Source of the DNA: Candidatus Eiseniibacteriota bacterium
GTDB taxonomy: Bacteria; Eisenbacteria; RBG-16-71-46; CAIMUX01; VGJL01
DNA length: 64,000 nt
Assembly: GCA_963792585.1 (NCBI GenBank)
Contig: CAWBWI010000006.1
Span: 256,001 to 320,000, forward strand
Direction: 5' to 3'
Positions within the stretch are counted from its first letter, which is position 1, and each line of letters starts with the position of its first letter. The position numbers and the translations under genes were made by a program. The notes below the pieces were generated by a model that was given only the letters and a program-made list of their open reading frames with translations, did not search any database and was not told the origin of the DNA. Below are positions 39,552 to 49,412 of the stretch, in pieces.

Positions 39552-40763
39552 TCATCCCCCCGCCGCTTCCGCGAAAGGCCGCCCGGAACGTAGCGCCTTC
39601 AGGTACCGCGCAATCCATGGCAGGAGGGCGTATGCCGGCAGCGCCAGGAGGAAGGTGACCCCGAAATAGGACGCATAGCCCAGGCGTTCGGCCCCCCACC
39701 CGCTGAAGCCTCCCGCAACCGATCGCGTCAAACCGAAGAGGGCGGAGAGAAGCGCATATTCCGTCGCCGCCCGCTCCCGCTCGCAGATCGTCATCAGGAA
39801 GGCGAGGAACGCGGCGGTTCCAAGTCCTCCGGTGAAGGACTCGAAGATGGACGCGAAGTAGATTGCGCTTCGCGCGGCGCCCGATGCGGCAACGCCCGCA
39901 TAGACCAGATTCGATCCGGCCTGGAGGATCCCGAGGATCCAGAGGCTGCGGAAGATCCCGAGACGCGCGATCACCCAACCACCGGCCAACGCCCCCACGA
40001 TCGTCGCGGCCACACCGAGGGTGGTGGAGATGAGCCCGATCTCGACCAGGGTCATCCCGCGATCCACCCAGAAGGGTTTGACCATGGGGCCCATCGCCGC
40101 GTCCCCGAGCTTGTAGGTGAGGACGAAGAGGAAGACCGCGGCCGCGGCCGGTCTGCGGAACCATGAAACGAGCATCGGGAGAAGCCGGCGGCGCATCTCC
40201 GGGTCGCGCGGGACGCGCGGCGTGCGCCACGTGATCGCGGCCATCATCAGAAAGACGACGCCTGCGGCCATGAACAGCGTCTCCCAAGAAATTCGACCGG
40301 CCAGCGCCACGATCCCGCCGCCGGCGAGTATCAAGGCCACGCGGTAGGCGCTCACCCGCAGACCATTCGCCGGCCCGACTTCGCGCGGCTCGAGCAGGCC
40401 GATCGTGTAGGCGTCGATCGCAATGTCCTGCGTAGCCGAGGCAAACGTGAAACCGAGCAGCAGAGCCCAGACCAGCGTCGTCGGATGTGCGGCATCGATC
40501 CCCGGAAGCGCGAAGAGAACCGCTGCCATCGCGACGAGGGAGCCGGCGATCCAGGTCCGGCGCTCACCGAAACGATCCACGAGTGGCGACCAGACGAACT
40601 TGAGACTCCACGGAAGCCCGATCAGCGAGAAGAGGCCGATCTCGCGAAGGCCCACCCCGTGCACGCGAAAGAAGACGGGGAGACACTCGGCGACGATTCC
40701 GAATGGGAATCCCTGCGCGAAGTAGAGCAGGACAACCCAAAGGAGCTTGGTCCGGGTGCGCAT
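39552..40763 (-). CDS. AmpG-like MFS transporter
   Basis: LYFAQGFP, LPWSLKFVWSPLVD, SATQDIAIDAY, YKLGD. Confidence 0.88.
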   Translation of the reverse strand: MRTRTKLLWVVLLYFAQGFPFGIVAECLPVFFRVHGVGLREIGLFSLIGLPWSLKFVWSPLVDRFGERRTWIAGSLVAMAAVLFALPGIDAAHPTTLVWALLLGFTFASATQDIAIDAYTIGLLEPREVGPANGLRVSAYRVALILAGGGIVALAGRISWETLFMAAGVVFLMMAAITWRTPRVPRDPEMRRRLLPMLVSWFRRPAAAAVFLFVLTYKLGDAAMGPMVKPFWVDRGMTLVEIGLISTTLGVAATIVGALAGGWVIARLGIFRSLWILGILQAGSNLVYAGVAASGAARSAIYFASIFESFTGGLGTAAFLAFLMTICERERAATEYALLSALFGLTRSVAGGFSGWGAERLGYASYFGVTFLLALPAYALLPWIARYLKALRSGRPFAEAAGG

Positions 40764-40801
40764 CGCGTTCCGTCGCGTCCGGCGATCAGGCGATCAAGCG
40801 G

Positions 40802-41743
40802 TCAGGCAGAGACCATGGTTGCGAACTTCTGCGAGATCGCCAGCAAATCGTCCCTGCGGGCCAGCTGGTCGACCCACTCCGCCGGAATCCCGTCGATGCC
40901 GTAGCAGACGCCGGCCATCCCACCGGCAACCGCCGCCACCGTATCGGTGTCCTCCCCGAGATTCACGGCGCGCAGAACACAATCTCGGTAGTTGCGCGTC
41001 GTGACGAGCGACCAGACCGCCGCCTCGAGCGTGGAAACCACGTGTCCGCTGCCGTGGATCCGGTCCGGAGTCGCCTCGCCGAGCGTTCCGCGAAGCAGGT
41101 TTCGGAGTATCCGCTGCTCGTCCCGCCAGGGACCCTGCTTGTAGTAGCTGCGAGACGTCTCCATCGCGTACCTGTAGGCGGCGCTCGGGGCGCGGTGAAA
41201 GAGCAGGTTGCGGTTGATCAACCCGTAGAGCCCACACGCGTACAGCGACCGGGGGTGGGCATGGGTGATGCGGGAAGCCTCGTGGACCCGTTCGAGCATG
41301 AGGGGAATCGACCAGCGGCAGTACGCCAGGATCATCGGCAGGATGCGCATCAGAGAGCCGTTGTCGTTGTCGCACTCATGGGGGGAACCGCTCTCGTGCG
41401 CGGAGACCCCATCGACCAATCGCATGATCGCCGCGCGGGTCGTGCTTCCGACCTGGAAGACCTCCTTGCGCGCGGTCCAGCGCCCGTCCTGGAGCCACTC
41501 CACGAAGGCGCGCCCGAGACGCTCGGCCGAGTACTCGTCCAGCAGCGTCTCGACCGTGCTCAAGGTGAGCGAGGTGTTATCGGACCATGTGCCGGCGGGC
41601 TGCGCGTGCCGGCCGCCGCTTCGCATCCCGGTCACCGGATCCGCGTCACGCACTTCGCGCGGCTCGAATTCGACAGGCACCCCAAGGGCGTCGCCGACAG
41701 CCACGCCGATCAGTCCACCTACGACACGCCGCGGCTCAATCAT
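40802..41743 (-). CDS. ADP-ribosylglycohydrolase family protein
   Basis: AVGDALGVPVEF, GTWSDNTS, NGSLMR, ITHAH, AVNLGEDTDT. Confidence 0.92.
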   Translation of the reverse strand: MIEPRRVVGGLIGVAVGDALGVPVEFEPREVRDADPVTGMRSGGRHAQPAGTWSDNTSLTLSTVETLLDEYSAERLGRAFVEWLQDGRWTARKEVFQVGSTTRAAIMRLVDGVSAHESGSPHECDNDNGSLMRILPMILAYCRWSIPLMLERVHEASRITHAHPRSLYACGLYGLINRNLLFHRAPSAAYRYAMETSRSYYKQGPWRDEQRILRNLLRGTLGEATPDRIHGSGHVVSTLEAAVWSLVTTRNYRDCVLRAVNLGEDTDTVAAVAGGMAGVCYGIDGIPAEWVDQLARRDDLLAISQKFATMVSA

Positions 41744-42053
41744 CGTGTCCTCACATAAGCTCGGCGCCCACGGTCACGGCCGGCGATACCCCACCGTATC
41801 GATGCTCTGCGCGTTTCTCCGCGGGCGCACGACAGGCGCCCGCTGAAACGACTCGGAACGATCATGCCAGAAGGCCGGCGGGCTTGCCAGAAATTCGTTG
41901 CCGCCCGGCGTCGGGCCGAAGATCGAGCCGGTCGGGAACAACCCGAGGCTCGCCACGACGGCCCTGTCCCGGGACGTGCCCCTCGCCCGACGATAACGGC
42001 ATGCGAGACGCTCGCGGATGCCGCGGGCGGTACTCCTCCGGAACGACCCTGGA

Positions 42054-42347
42054 CTACTTGAACCGGTAGATGATGCGGCCGCGGCTTACGTCGTAGGGTG
42101 AGAGCTCGACCTGCACTTTGTCGCCGACGAGGATGCGGATGAAGTGTTTGCGCATCTTGCCCGAGATGTGGGCCAGGACAATATGGCCGCCGGCAACCTC
42201 GACCCTGAACTGTGTGTTCGGGAGGGTCTCGAGAACGATGCCCTCCATGACGATCGCGTTCTCTTTTGTCAGCGGGCCCGGATCGGGGTCCGGAGTGGCA
42301 GGTCTTCCACCGCCCTTCTTGGGATAGAAGGGCCTTTTTTTCTTCAC
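42054..42347 (-). CDS. infA: Translation initiation factor IF-1 with N-terminal extension
   Basis: [10 protein letters not shown]...[20 protein letters not shown]...SPYD...RGRI. Confidence 0.92.
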   Translation of the reverse strand: MKKKRPFYPKKGGGRPATPDPDPGPLTKENAIVMEGIVLETLPNTQFRVEVAGGHIVLAHISGKMRKHFIRILVGDKVQVELSPYDVSRGRIIYRFK

Positions 42348-42450
42348 ACTTCCCCCTTGCGAGACCCGGCCGGTCCACCCGGCCGCGAGCAGATAGGATG
42401 ATCCGCCAGAAGCCCTCGAACGGTCAAGCGGAAAGAGGCCTAATCCCTTG

Positions 42451-44343
42451 TCATTTGGCGGTTCCCACGGCCAGAACCACGCGATTGGCGCCCTCCTCGA
42501 GCATCCGGAGCATCACTGCCCGGTGGGACGGATACTCCTCGGCGGTGACCACCCCTTCCTTCGTTGAGAACCGGCGGTGGAACACCCAGGCCTCTTCATC
42601 CCGTTCCCATGAAGCCTCGAACTCCGCGCCGGGGCCGCGAAACGTTCCCGTTCCCGGGGAAACGATCGGCCGCATCCCGGGAGGAAGCTCGAGCCGGAGC
42701 GTCACATCCTCAGTGACTCCGGGGTTCACGATCAACGGCATGCGCCGGGAATCACGCGTGTAGGAAACGCCTGCGGGAATCACCGCGCCGGGCATCCCCG
42801 GCGCCGATGGGATCGTGATCCCCTTGCGACCCTCCCCGAGCGATTCCCCAATCCCCTTGCCCGTGAACGAAAGGACGACGGAAAGCACCAGGGGTCCCGT
42901 TTCGACGACGCGGTAACCGGCAAGCTCCCCGTCCCTCGCATAGGCGGCCGCGAGGCCCTCCAGGAATCCTCTCAAGTCCTCGAGCCCGAGGCCGGCGACG
43001 AACGCGCCCCGCGCATCGATTGCCGCCTCGCCGTGCGCGGAGCCGTCCTCGGAGACCGCGATCCGCAGGGACAATCGACTCTCCCCGGCCTTCGCCTGCA
43101 CCGGGCGGAGATCGGAACCCACCGCCCCGCGGATCACGAGTTCGTTCGTCGCGGGCGCGGGGTCCATCCACATTGCCGCCGCCCCGTGGCCGACAGAGAG
43201 GACACCTGCCGCGGTCTCGAGACGAATGTCATCGAAGCACGCGAGCACGGGGGCCGGAGCGATCGATCGCCCGATCGGATGAAGGACGATCCTCGCCTCG
43301 ATCCCGAACGCATCGAGGGCCGCGAGGCCGAGCGCTGCCCGATCCAGGAGGTTTCCGCAGGAGGCCGAGAAGCTGCGCGACGCGGGACGAACGGGGAGGA
43401 GCCACGAAAGCGGCGCGTCTTCGGCCTCCATCGTGCGCTCTCCCACGAGCCCCGCGATACGACCGAGGCGCTCCGCGTCATCGAGGGGCGGACGGCCGCT
43501 GGGCAGGTTTCCCTCCGCCCAGGCCGCGATGGCCGAATCGGGCGCTGCCGCGCCCGAGAGGCGTTGGTGCACGAACGTGTTGAGTTGCTCCCAGGAAGCG
43601 GTCGAGTAGACCACAGTCGGAACCCGTTCCATCGCAGGCAGCCCGCCCTCATCGGGGCATGCCGGGACGGGTCCGTAGCGCCAGGGCTTCTCCATGGGCG
43701 CCCTGAACGGTTCGTCCGCCTCGAACGACGGGACGCGGGCCGCTACGAGTTGACCCTTGATCGCCTCGCCCTCCGGCGCCTCGATCCACAGATCCCCGGC
43801 GCGCACCGGATATGGCCCCCCGAGCTCCTCGACCCCTTCGAGCCAGGGCCGCCACGCGACGCGATCGACGAGCGTGTAGTCCAGTTCCGTCAGACAGCCG
43901 CGCTCGACCCCGACGTAACTGATGACCATCTCCTGCAACCCCACCCGATCGGGGCAGGATGCAACCCTCTCGGGCGTGACGCGGTTGAACGCGTGCGGCG
44001 CCGCCTTCACCTCCGTGCCATCGAGCATGAACGTTCTACAGATCTCGATCGAGAGTTCCTGCCGCGTCGTGTCGTAGGCGACCCGGGGATCTCCGCCGAG
44101 CGAGATCGCATGGTCGGTCATCAGGCGTTGGACCAGCCGGACCCGCCGCGTCACCCGCCCGTCGGTCTCCATCCGCACGTGCACGCCCCGATACAGGATG
44201 ACCGCGTCCGCCGCGGGATGGTCGATCGACCCGACGTCGATCTTCCGCAGCTCCTCCGTCGGCGGCCCCAGACTCGCGGCGCGCGCGGCGCATGCGATCG
44301 ATGCAAGGAGCCCAACCACCAGCGCCACACCTATTCTCCGCAT
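42451..44343 (-). CDS. DUF3857 domain protein with degenerate transglutaminase-like domain
   Basis: Signal peptide [17 protein letters not shown]3857 N-terminus. Catalytic GxC is replaced by GNLLD. Confidence 0.75.
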   Translation of the reverse strand: MRRIGVALVVGLLASIACAARAASLGPPTEELRKIDVGSIDHPAADAVILYRGVHVRMETDGRVTRRVRLVQRLMTDHAISLGGDPRVAYDTTRQELSIEICRTFMLDGTEVKAAPHAFNRVTPERVASCPDRVGLQEMVISYVGVERGCLTELDYTLVDRVAWRPWLEGVEELGGPYPVRAGDLWIEAPEGEAIKGQLVAARVPSFEADEPFRAPMEKPWRYGPVPACPDEGGLPAMERVPTVVYSTASWEQLNTFVHQRLSGAAAPDSAIAAWAEGNLPSGRPPLDDAERLGRIAGLVGERTMEAEDAPLSWLLPVRPASRSFSASCGNLLDRAALGLAALDAFGIEARIVLHPIGRSIAPAPVLACFDDIRLETAAGVLSVGHGAAAMWMDPAPATNELVIRGAVGSDLRPVQAKAGESRLSLRIAVSEDGSAHGEAAIDARGAFVAGLGLEDLRGFLEGLAAAYARDGELAGYRVVETGPLVLSVVLSFTGKGIGESLGEGRKGITIPSAPGMPGAVIPAGVSYTRDSRRMPLIVNPGVTEDVTLRLELPPGMRPIVSPGTGTFRGPGAEFEASWERDEEAWVFHRRFSTKEGVVTAEEYPSHRAVMLRMLEEGANRVVLAVGTAK

Positions 44344-46334
44344 CACCGGCTCCTCCCCGCCCACATCATCCGACCGCCGAAAGCGCGGAGGGAATCCGTC
44401 GCCTCGACTCCACCGCCCCACTCCCCGGCCGGGATCGTTCGCTTCGCCAGGATCGCGGTCGCTTCCACCTCGAGCTTCCGCCCGTCGAGGAGGGCGCGAC
44501 CGCGAAAACTCGCCGCAGCGTTGGCAATGGAGACCGAGTCCGGCGCGTCCATCGCACGGAAGCCGGACGGGAAGAGGATCGATTCGCGTACGACCACTTC
44601 TTGGGAGAACCAGAGCAGGGCTTCGTGCCGTCGATCTCCCTCGGACTTCGTCATGGCGAGCATGCGGACCAGGCGCCCGTTCATGGCCGCCACGCGAAGC
44701 GCGGGCGGCACGATGCCGATCATGGAGTCGGAGGCCGCCGCATACCGAGGGACCCTGTAGGTCATTCGGATCCGGGCGTCGCGCGAGAAGTCGCGCGGCT
44801 CGACCAGATCGAAGGAGGTCACCTCGATCCCGGGTCCGAGGTCCGAGAGCAGGCCGGCGAGATAGAACTTCCGATCGTCGGCGGGCGCGTCGGCAAGTCC
44901 GCCGCGGATGCGCGCGTCGGAGGCCCCGACTCCGCGGAGGACCATCTCTCCCTCGATCGTCCCGTCGGCGGCGACGGCCACCCGGTCTTCGATCGTGAGC
45001 CGGTTCTCCTCGGGCGCGAAACTTCGCATCCGTGAGAGTCCCTCTCCGCGCGGGGAGCCGATCACGAAGTGCTGCTCGCCTTCGTAGTGGGACCAGGTCG
45101 CCCGGTCGAACGGCGCCCATGTCGGATCGAGCATGGTGAACGACCCGTCGGGACGTTCGACGGCGACGACGCAGTGATTGAATTGGTCCGCCGGGATCGC
45201 CTCGACGCGGGCGCCCGCGTCGGTCATGACGGGGTAGGTCGAGTAGCCCGCGGCGCGTAGCATCGTGACCAGCATCCCGGCGATGTCCTTGCATACCCCG
45301 CACCGTTCCTCGAAGGTCATCGTGCCGGGATGAAGCGTGTACCCTTCTCCCTTTCCCATCGAAAGGCCGGAGTAGCGGATTTCCTGCGCGACCCAATGGA
45401 GGAGCGCGGCCATCTTTTCGTCATCGCTCCTGAGTCCCGAAGTCAACTCCCGCACCTTGGCCCGGATCCCGTCATCGGCTTCGAAGACGGGATCATTGAC
45501 CTGGAAAAACCAGCGCGATTTCGCAGGCCAGTTCTCGACGGTGGCCAGGACGACCTTCGGCAGGACGTCGGTCTCGTCGGGCATCCTCGGCTCGCTCTTG
45601 ACGGCAGGGACGTCGCGCGCCTCCCACGTGTAGACGAGGGCGGAGTCGGCGAAGGTGAGCGAGGAGCGAAGGGCGCCGTTGTAGACCGCATACTGGACCG
45701 GCTTGTCTCGCGGGACGCGCAGTCGATAGAGCTTCTCCTTCAGGGGTAGCCCTTCCTGAAAAGTGACAACGTCGTAGAAATGGCCGCGCATCGGGGGGAC
45801 GTAACGTTCCTCATCGACGGGGGCATCGTCGAGATAGGCGATCTGGAACCCCTTCTTGTACGTCCGGGTCTCGACCGCATCGCCGACCCTCAATCTGGGC
45901 AACGAGAGAATTCGCATCCGGGCGCCCCAGTAGATCATGTCGGCCGGGGCGGGGAGATCGATCGCCTCCATCGGGTCGACCGACTCGATCCGTCCGTTCG
46001 CCCGAATTACGCGCACCCGATCGATCCGAATGAAATTGGACGCAGGGTCGTAATCGAAGCGTTGGGTCGCCTGCTGTCTCGCGCCGGCTTCGGTCAGGAT
46101 GCGCACGACACGGTCTCGGGTCACATGGCCGAGTCCGCTCGCTTCGACACGCACGTCCGTTCGGTCCGTGACGACCACTGCATCCGCTCCCTCCCATGCC
46201 GAAGAATCGCCGGCGGCTTGAATCAGCCGCACCAGCGAGTCGGCGGGAACGGATAGATTCGGGCCGCCCATCGCCGTTCCGGTGAACGCCGCGTGGAAAA
46301 GCAGGAAAACCGCTCCCAAGAGGAATCTCGTCAT
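44343..46334 (-). CDS. DUF3857 and transglutaminase domain protein
   Basis: WVAQEIRY, GVCKD, FNH, LDPT triad. Confidence 0.88.
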   Translation of the reverse strand: MTRFLLGAVFLLFHAAFTGTAMGGPNLSVPADSLVRLIQAAGDSSAWEGADAVVVTDRTDVRVEASGLGHVTRDRVVRILTEAGARQQATQRFDYDPASNFIRIDRVRVIRANGRIESVDPMEAIDLPAPADMIYWGARMRILSLPRLRVGDAVETRTYKKGFQIAYLDDAPVDEERYVPPMRGHFYDVVTFQEGLPLKEKLYRLRVPRDKPVQYAVYNGALRSSLTFADSALVYTWEARDVPAVKSEPRMPDETDVLPKVVLATVENWPAKSRWFFQVNDPVFEADDGIRAKVRELTSGLRSDDEKMAALLHWVAQEIRYSGLSMGKGEGYTLHPGTMTFEERCGVCKDIAGMLVTMLRAAGYSTYPVMTDAGARVEAIPADQFNHCVVAVERPDGSFTMLDPTWAPFDRATWSHYEGEQHFVIGSPRGEGLSRMRSFAPEENRLTIEDRVAVAADGTIEGEMVLRGVGASDARIRGGLADAPADDRKFYLAGLLSDLGPGIEVTSFDLVEPRDFSRDARIRMTYRVPRYAAASDSMIGIVPPALRVAAMNGRLVRMLAMTKSEGDRRHEALLWFSQEVVVRESILFPSGFRAMDAPDSVSIANAAASFRGRALLDGRKLEVEATAILAKRTIPAGEWGGGVEATDSLRAFGGRMMWAGRSR

Positions 46335-46486
46335 GTCACCCCCACAAACCCTTGACGGTTCTACCACCTCGACCGCCGCGGCGCCAGCGGCCAACGAAGT
46401 CTGCGAACGAAGTCTCCCATCTGTCTATCGGCGTTCGGCGTCGAATCTGCTACCCTGGAGCGCGGATTGCCCAGTGGGAGGAGCAC

Positions 46487-47938
46487 ATGTTCGAACAAGA
46501 GCCGGAACCCCAGTCGAATCAGACAACCAATGAACCCGGCGAGGAGACGGCCCCCGCGTCCTCGGAATTCGCCGACGCGATGCGCGAGCGCCCTGCGATC
46601 CTGCCCATCCCCGATGTCGGACAGCGGGTGCACGCGACGATCCAGTCGATCGGCGAGGAGACAACGTTCCTCGACTACGGCGGGCGCAGCGAGGCGACGA
46701 TGGAGACCCGTCATCTGCGCGCCCCGGACGGCGCGATCCTCGCCCAGACCGGAGAGCGGATCGAGGCCTATGTCGTCGCCAACGAGGAAGCGGTCGTCCT
46801 GGCGCCCGCGATGGAGGTCCCCGCGGCCGAAGCGCTTTCGGTGCTCCGCGAAGCCCACGTAAACGGGCTGCCCGTCGCCGGCAAGGTGACCGGCATGAAT
46901 GCCGGCGGGCTCGAAGTCAATCTCGCCGGCAACCGGGCGTTCTGTCCCGTCTCCCAGGTCGACATCGGCTACTGCCCCGACGCTTCGGTTTTCGTAGGCA
47001 AGACCCTCGACTTCAAGCTCCTCGAGTTCGGCGAAATGGGACGCCGGATCGTCGTCTCGCGTCGCGCGCTCCTCATGCAGGAACGCGAAGCGGTGGCGGC
47101 GCGCCTGCGCAATGAACTCAAGGCCGGCGAGGAGCGCGATGGGACCGTCGCGCGGATGGAGTCATTCGGCGCGTTCATCGATCTTGGGGGCATCGACGGG
47201 CTCGTGCACGTCTCCGAGATCTCGCACGAGCGCCTCAACCAGCCGTCCGAGGCCCTGAAGGTCGGCGACAAGGTGCGCGTGAGGATCCTCGAGATCGGCA
47301 AGGATGCAAAGGGCCGGGACCGGATATCGCTGTCGATCAAGGCGGCCCTCGAGGATCCCTGGATCCGCGCCGCCGAGGAGATCCACGAGGGGCAGACCTT
47401 CACGGGACGCGTGATGCGCAAGACCGAGTTCGGCCTCTTCATCCGCCTCATCCCGGGCGTCGAGGGGCTCCTTCACGTCTCCGAGGTCGGTCCCCGCGGG
47501 AACGATTCCCTCAATGTCGGCCAGGAGATCGAGGTCCGCGTCCAGAAGATCGAGATGCGGCGCAAGCGGATCTCGCTCGCGCTGCGCGACCAGCGTCCGG
47601 CGACCGGTCCCCGGATCGGAGAGTCGTGCGAGGGCGTCATCCGCGCGCACAAGCCCTATGGCGTCTTCATCGATCTTCCCTCCTTCGGGCCGCGCGTCAG
47701 CGGCTTGCTCCCGCTGGAGGAAACCGGAATCTCGAGGGGCGGCGATCTGACCCGCCAGTACCCGGCGGGAGGCAAGCTCGAGGTCGTCGTTCAGCAAATC
47801 GACGAGAAGGGGAGGATCCGATTGGCGATCCCGACGGGAGCGTCGGGGTCCACCCAGCAGGGAGCGGCGCGCGGAACATCGAGCGCGATGGCGGACGCCC
47901 TGCGGCGGGCAATGGAATCGCAGCAGAAGCCGGAGTAG
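46487..47938 (+). CDS. Multi-S1-domain protein (ribosomal protein S1-like paralog)
   Basis: Five S1 repeats (FGAFIDLGGIDGLVHVSEIS, GVEGLLHVSE). C-terminal AMADALRRAM. Confidence 0.85.
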   Translation: MFEQEPEPQSNQTTNEPGEETAPASSEFADAMRERPAILPIPDVGQRVHATIQSIGEETTFLDYGGRSEATMETRHLRAPDGAILAQTGERIEAYVVANEEAVVLAPAMEVPAAEALSVLREAHVNGLPVAGKVTGMNAGGLEVNLAGNRAFCPVSQVDIGYCPDASVFVGKTLDFKLLEFGEMGRRIVVSRRALLMQEREAVAARLRNELKAGEERDGTVARMESFGAFIDLGGIDGLVHVSEISHERLNQPSEALKVGDKVRVRILEIGKDAKGRDRISLSIKAALEDPWIRAAEEIHEGQTFTGRVMRKTEFGLFIRLIPGVEGLLHVSEVGPRGNDSLNVGQEIEVRVQKIEMRRKRISLALRDQRPATGPRIGESCEGVIRAHKPYGVFIDLPSFGPRVSGLLPLEETGISRGGDLTRQYPAGGKLEVVVQQIDEKGRIRLAIPTGASGSTQQGAARGTSSAMADALRRAMESQQKPE

Positions 47939-47945
47939 GGACCGG

Positions 47946-48524
47946 CTAGCGGATCACGCGAGCGACCTGAAGCACGTTCACGTTCCACTCCCGCCCCTCC
48001 TCGAGGCTTGCGGGCAAATTGATCGTGATCGCTTCCTTCTCGCCGCGGCTGATGAGGGCGACCGACAGTCCTTGCTCCACCGCCATCTCCGAGCCCGTCA
48101 CGCTGAGGCAGTTCATGTCCCGAGTCCAGCGACTGATGGCGAGGATCCGACTTTCGTTGCCGGGCGCGACGTAGAGGATGTCGACATCGGGACAACCGGC
48201 GGGCAGCCGGAGGGAGTCCTCGGCGCGGGTGGGAATGCCGACGAGCTGGAGCCGATGGCCGCGGACCGAGAGGTCCTTGCGTTCGTCGAAGAGCGACTCC
48301 AGCGACCCGAAGCAGCGGAGCGAGACATCGTCTTCAGGGCGATAGAGGACCCCGATCGTGATCGTCGGTTGGGGCTTCCCCATCAGGTTGAACTCGTAGG
48401 TCAGCAGCTTCAGCAGAAGTTGAACCTGATAGGCGACCGGCAGGGGACTTGCCGCCGCTCCCGGCCCGAGCGGTCCGAGAAGCGCCAGAAAGGCGACCGC
48501 GAATCCTATCCACGTCTTGCGCAT
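47946..48524 (-). CDS. YfiR/DUF4154-like periplasmic protein
   Basis: Signal peptide, LLLKLLTYE, DILYV, SVTG...GLSV...INL. Confidence 0.75.
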   Translation of the reverse strand: MRKTWIGFAVAFLALLGPLGPGAAASPLPVAYQVQLLLKLLTYEFNLMGKPQPTITIGVLYRPEDDVSLRCFGSLESLFDERKDLSVRGHRLQLVGIPTRAEDSLRLPAGCPDVDILYVAPGNESRILAISRWTRDMNCLSVTGSEMAVEQGLSVALISRGEKEAITINLPASLEEGREWNVNVLQVARVIR

Positions 48525-48588
48525 TGACCTTTTCAGTTGCCCGCTCCGGAGCCGTTTTCCACTCGACGAACACCCTTACCCTCCGCTA

Positions 48589-48617
48589 TCTATCGGCAGA
48601 TGTTCCAACGACCTACG
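48589..48617 (-). promoter_or_regulatory. Sigma28-like promoter
   Basis: CGTAGG-N14-GCCGATAGA. Confidence 0.5.
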
Positions 48618-48652
48618 CAAAAAGTGGCCAGGCTCCCCCACCGGCCGGGGCA

Positions 48653-49249
48653 TCAGCGGATAATTCGGCAGAGATCGAGGAGATAGGCATTCCAGTCCCT
48701 TCCCTCCTCCCGACTGGCCTCGAGATTCAAGGTGATCCCCGGCTGGTCCCCGCGCAGGACGACCGCAACCGAAAGTCCCATTTCAACATAGACCGGAACG
48801 CCGGTCACGCTGAGGACATCCTCCTCGCGCGTCGTCGCGATGATGGAGCCAAGGTCCGCGTCGAACCCCGTGGTGACGTAGACCACATCGATGGAGGCCC
48901 GCCGCACGGCGGGTCCAACGGAGTTGGCGTCCGTGACCGGCAATGGAACAACGACCAGTCGGCGGTTGTGGATCGTGCGGTGCTCGTCGCGTTTCATCTC
49001 TCTGCGAAACTGCTCGAAGGTCCTTCTCGAATCCGGATCGCGCGGCAGGTAGAGAATACCCATCCGGATGGTCTGCCGGTGCAGGTTCATCAGGTTGTTC
49101 TCGTACGCCAGGAGCTTCATGATCAGGGGGACCTGACGGCCGACGGCGAGGTCGCCGTCCGCATCCTCCGCTCGCCCCGTGGGGGCGGCGAGCAACAGGA
49201 TCGCGGCCATGATCGTGGCCGGGAAGACGGCCGGCAGTCTTGGGCGCAT
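48653..49249 (-). CDS. YfiR/DUF4154-like periplasmic protein (paralog)
   Basis: LIMKLLAYE, DVVYV, LSVTG...GLSV...LNLEASREEGRDWN. Confidence 0.75.
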   Translation of the reverse strand: MRPRLPAVFPATIMAAILLLAAPTGRAEDADGDLAVGRQVPLIMKLLAYENNLMNLHRQTIRMGILYLPRDPDSRRTFEQFRREMKRDEHRTIHNRRLVVVPLPVTDANSVGPAVRRASIDVVYVTTGFDADLGSIIATTREEDVLSVTGVPVYVEMGLSVAVVLRGDQPGITLNLEASREEGRDWNAYLLDLCRIIR

Positions 49250-49294
49250 GGCGACTCCTTGTGCGGCCTTCGTTGCCTTTGGATTCGCTTCTCC

Positions 49295-49324
49295 TCTATC
49301 GACAATTGCTTGAGCGATCCTTCG
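49295..49324 (-). promoter_or_regulatory. Sigma28-like promoter
   Basis: CGAAGG-N15-GTCGATAGA. Confidence 0.45.
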
Positions 49325-49412
49325 TGGCGAATCGGCCGTTGTGGGGGGTTTTCGAACGGTTGAGCGCGGCGAAGCACCGTGCTAACTTATTATCGAATAG
49401 GAGGTTCGAACG

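Noticed and set aside
41856..41870. Sigma54-like TGGCATGATCGTTCC (minus strand)
   Set aside because: The -12 dinucleotide is CC, not GC.
44344..45396. 981-aa ORF 42451..45396
   Set aside because: The extension is an Arg-rich shadow frame. The signal peptide starts at 44343.
48616..48630. Sigma54-like TGGCCACTTTTTGC (minus strand)
   Set aside because: GG-GC spacing is 9, not the required 10.
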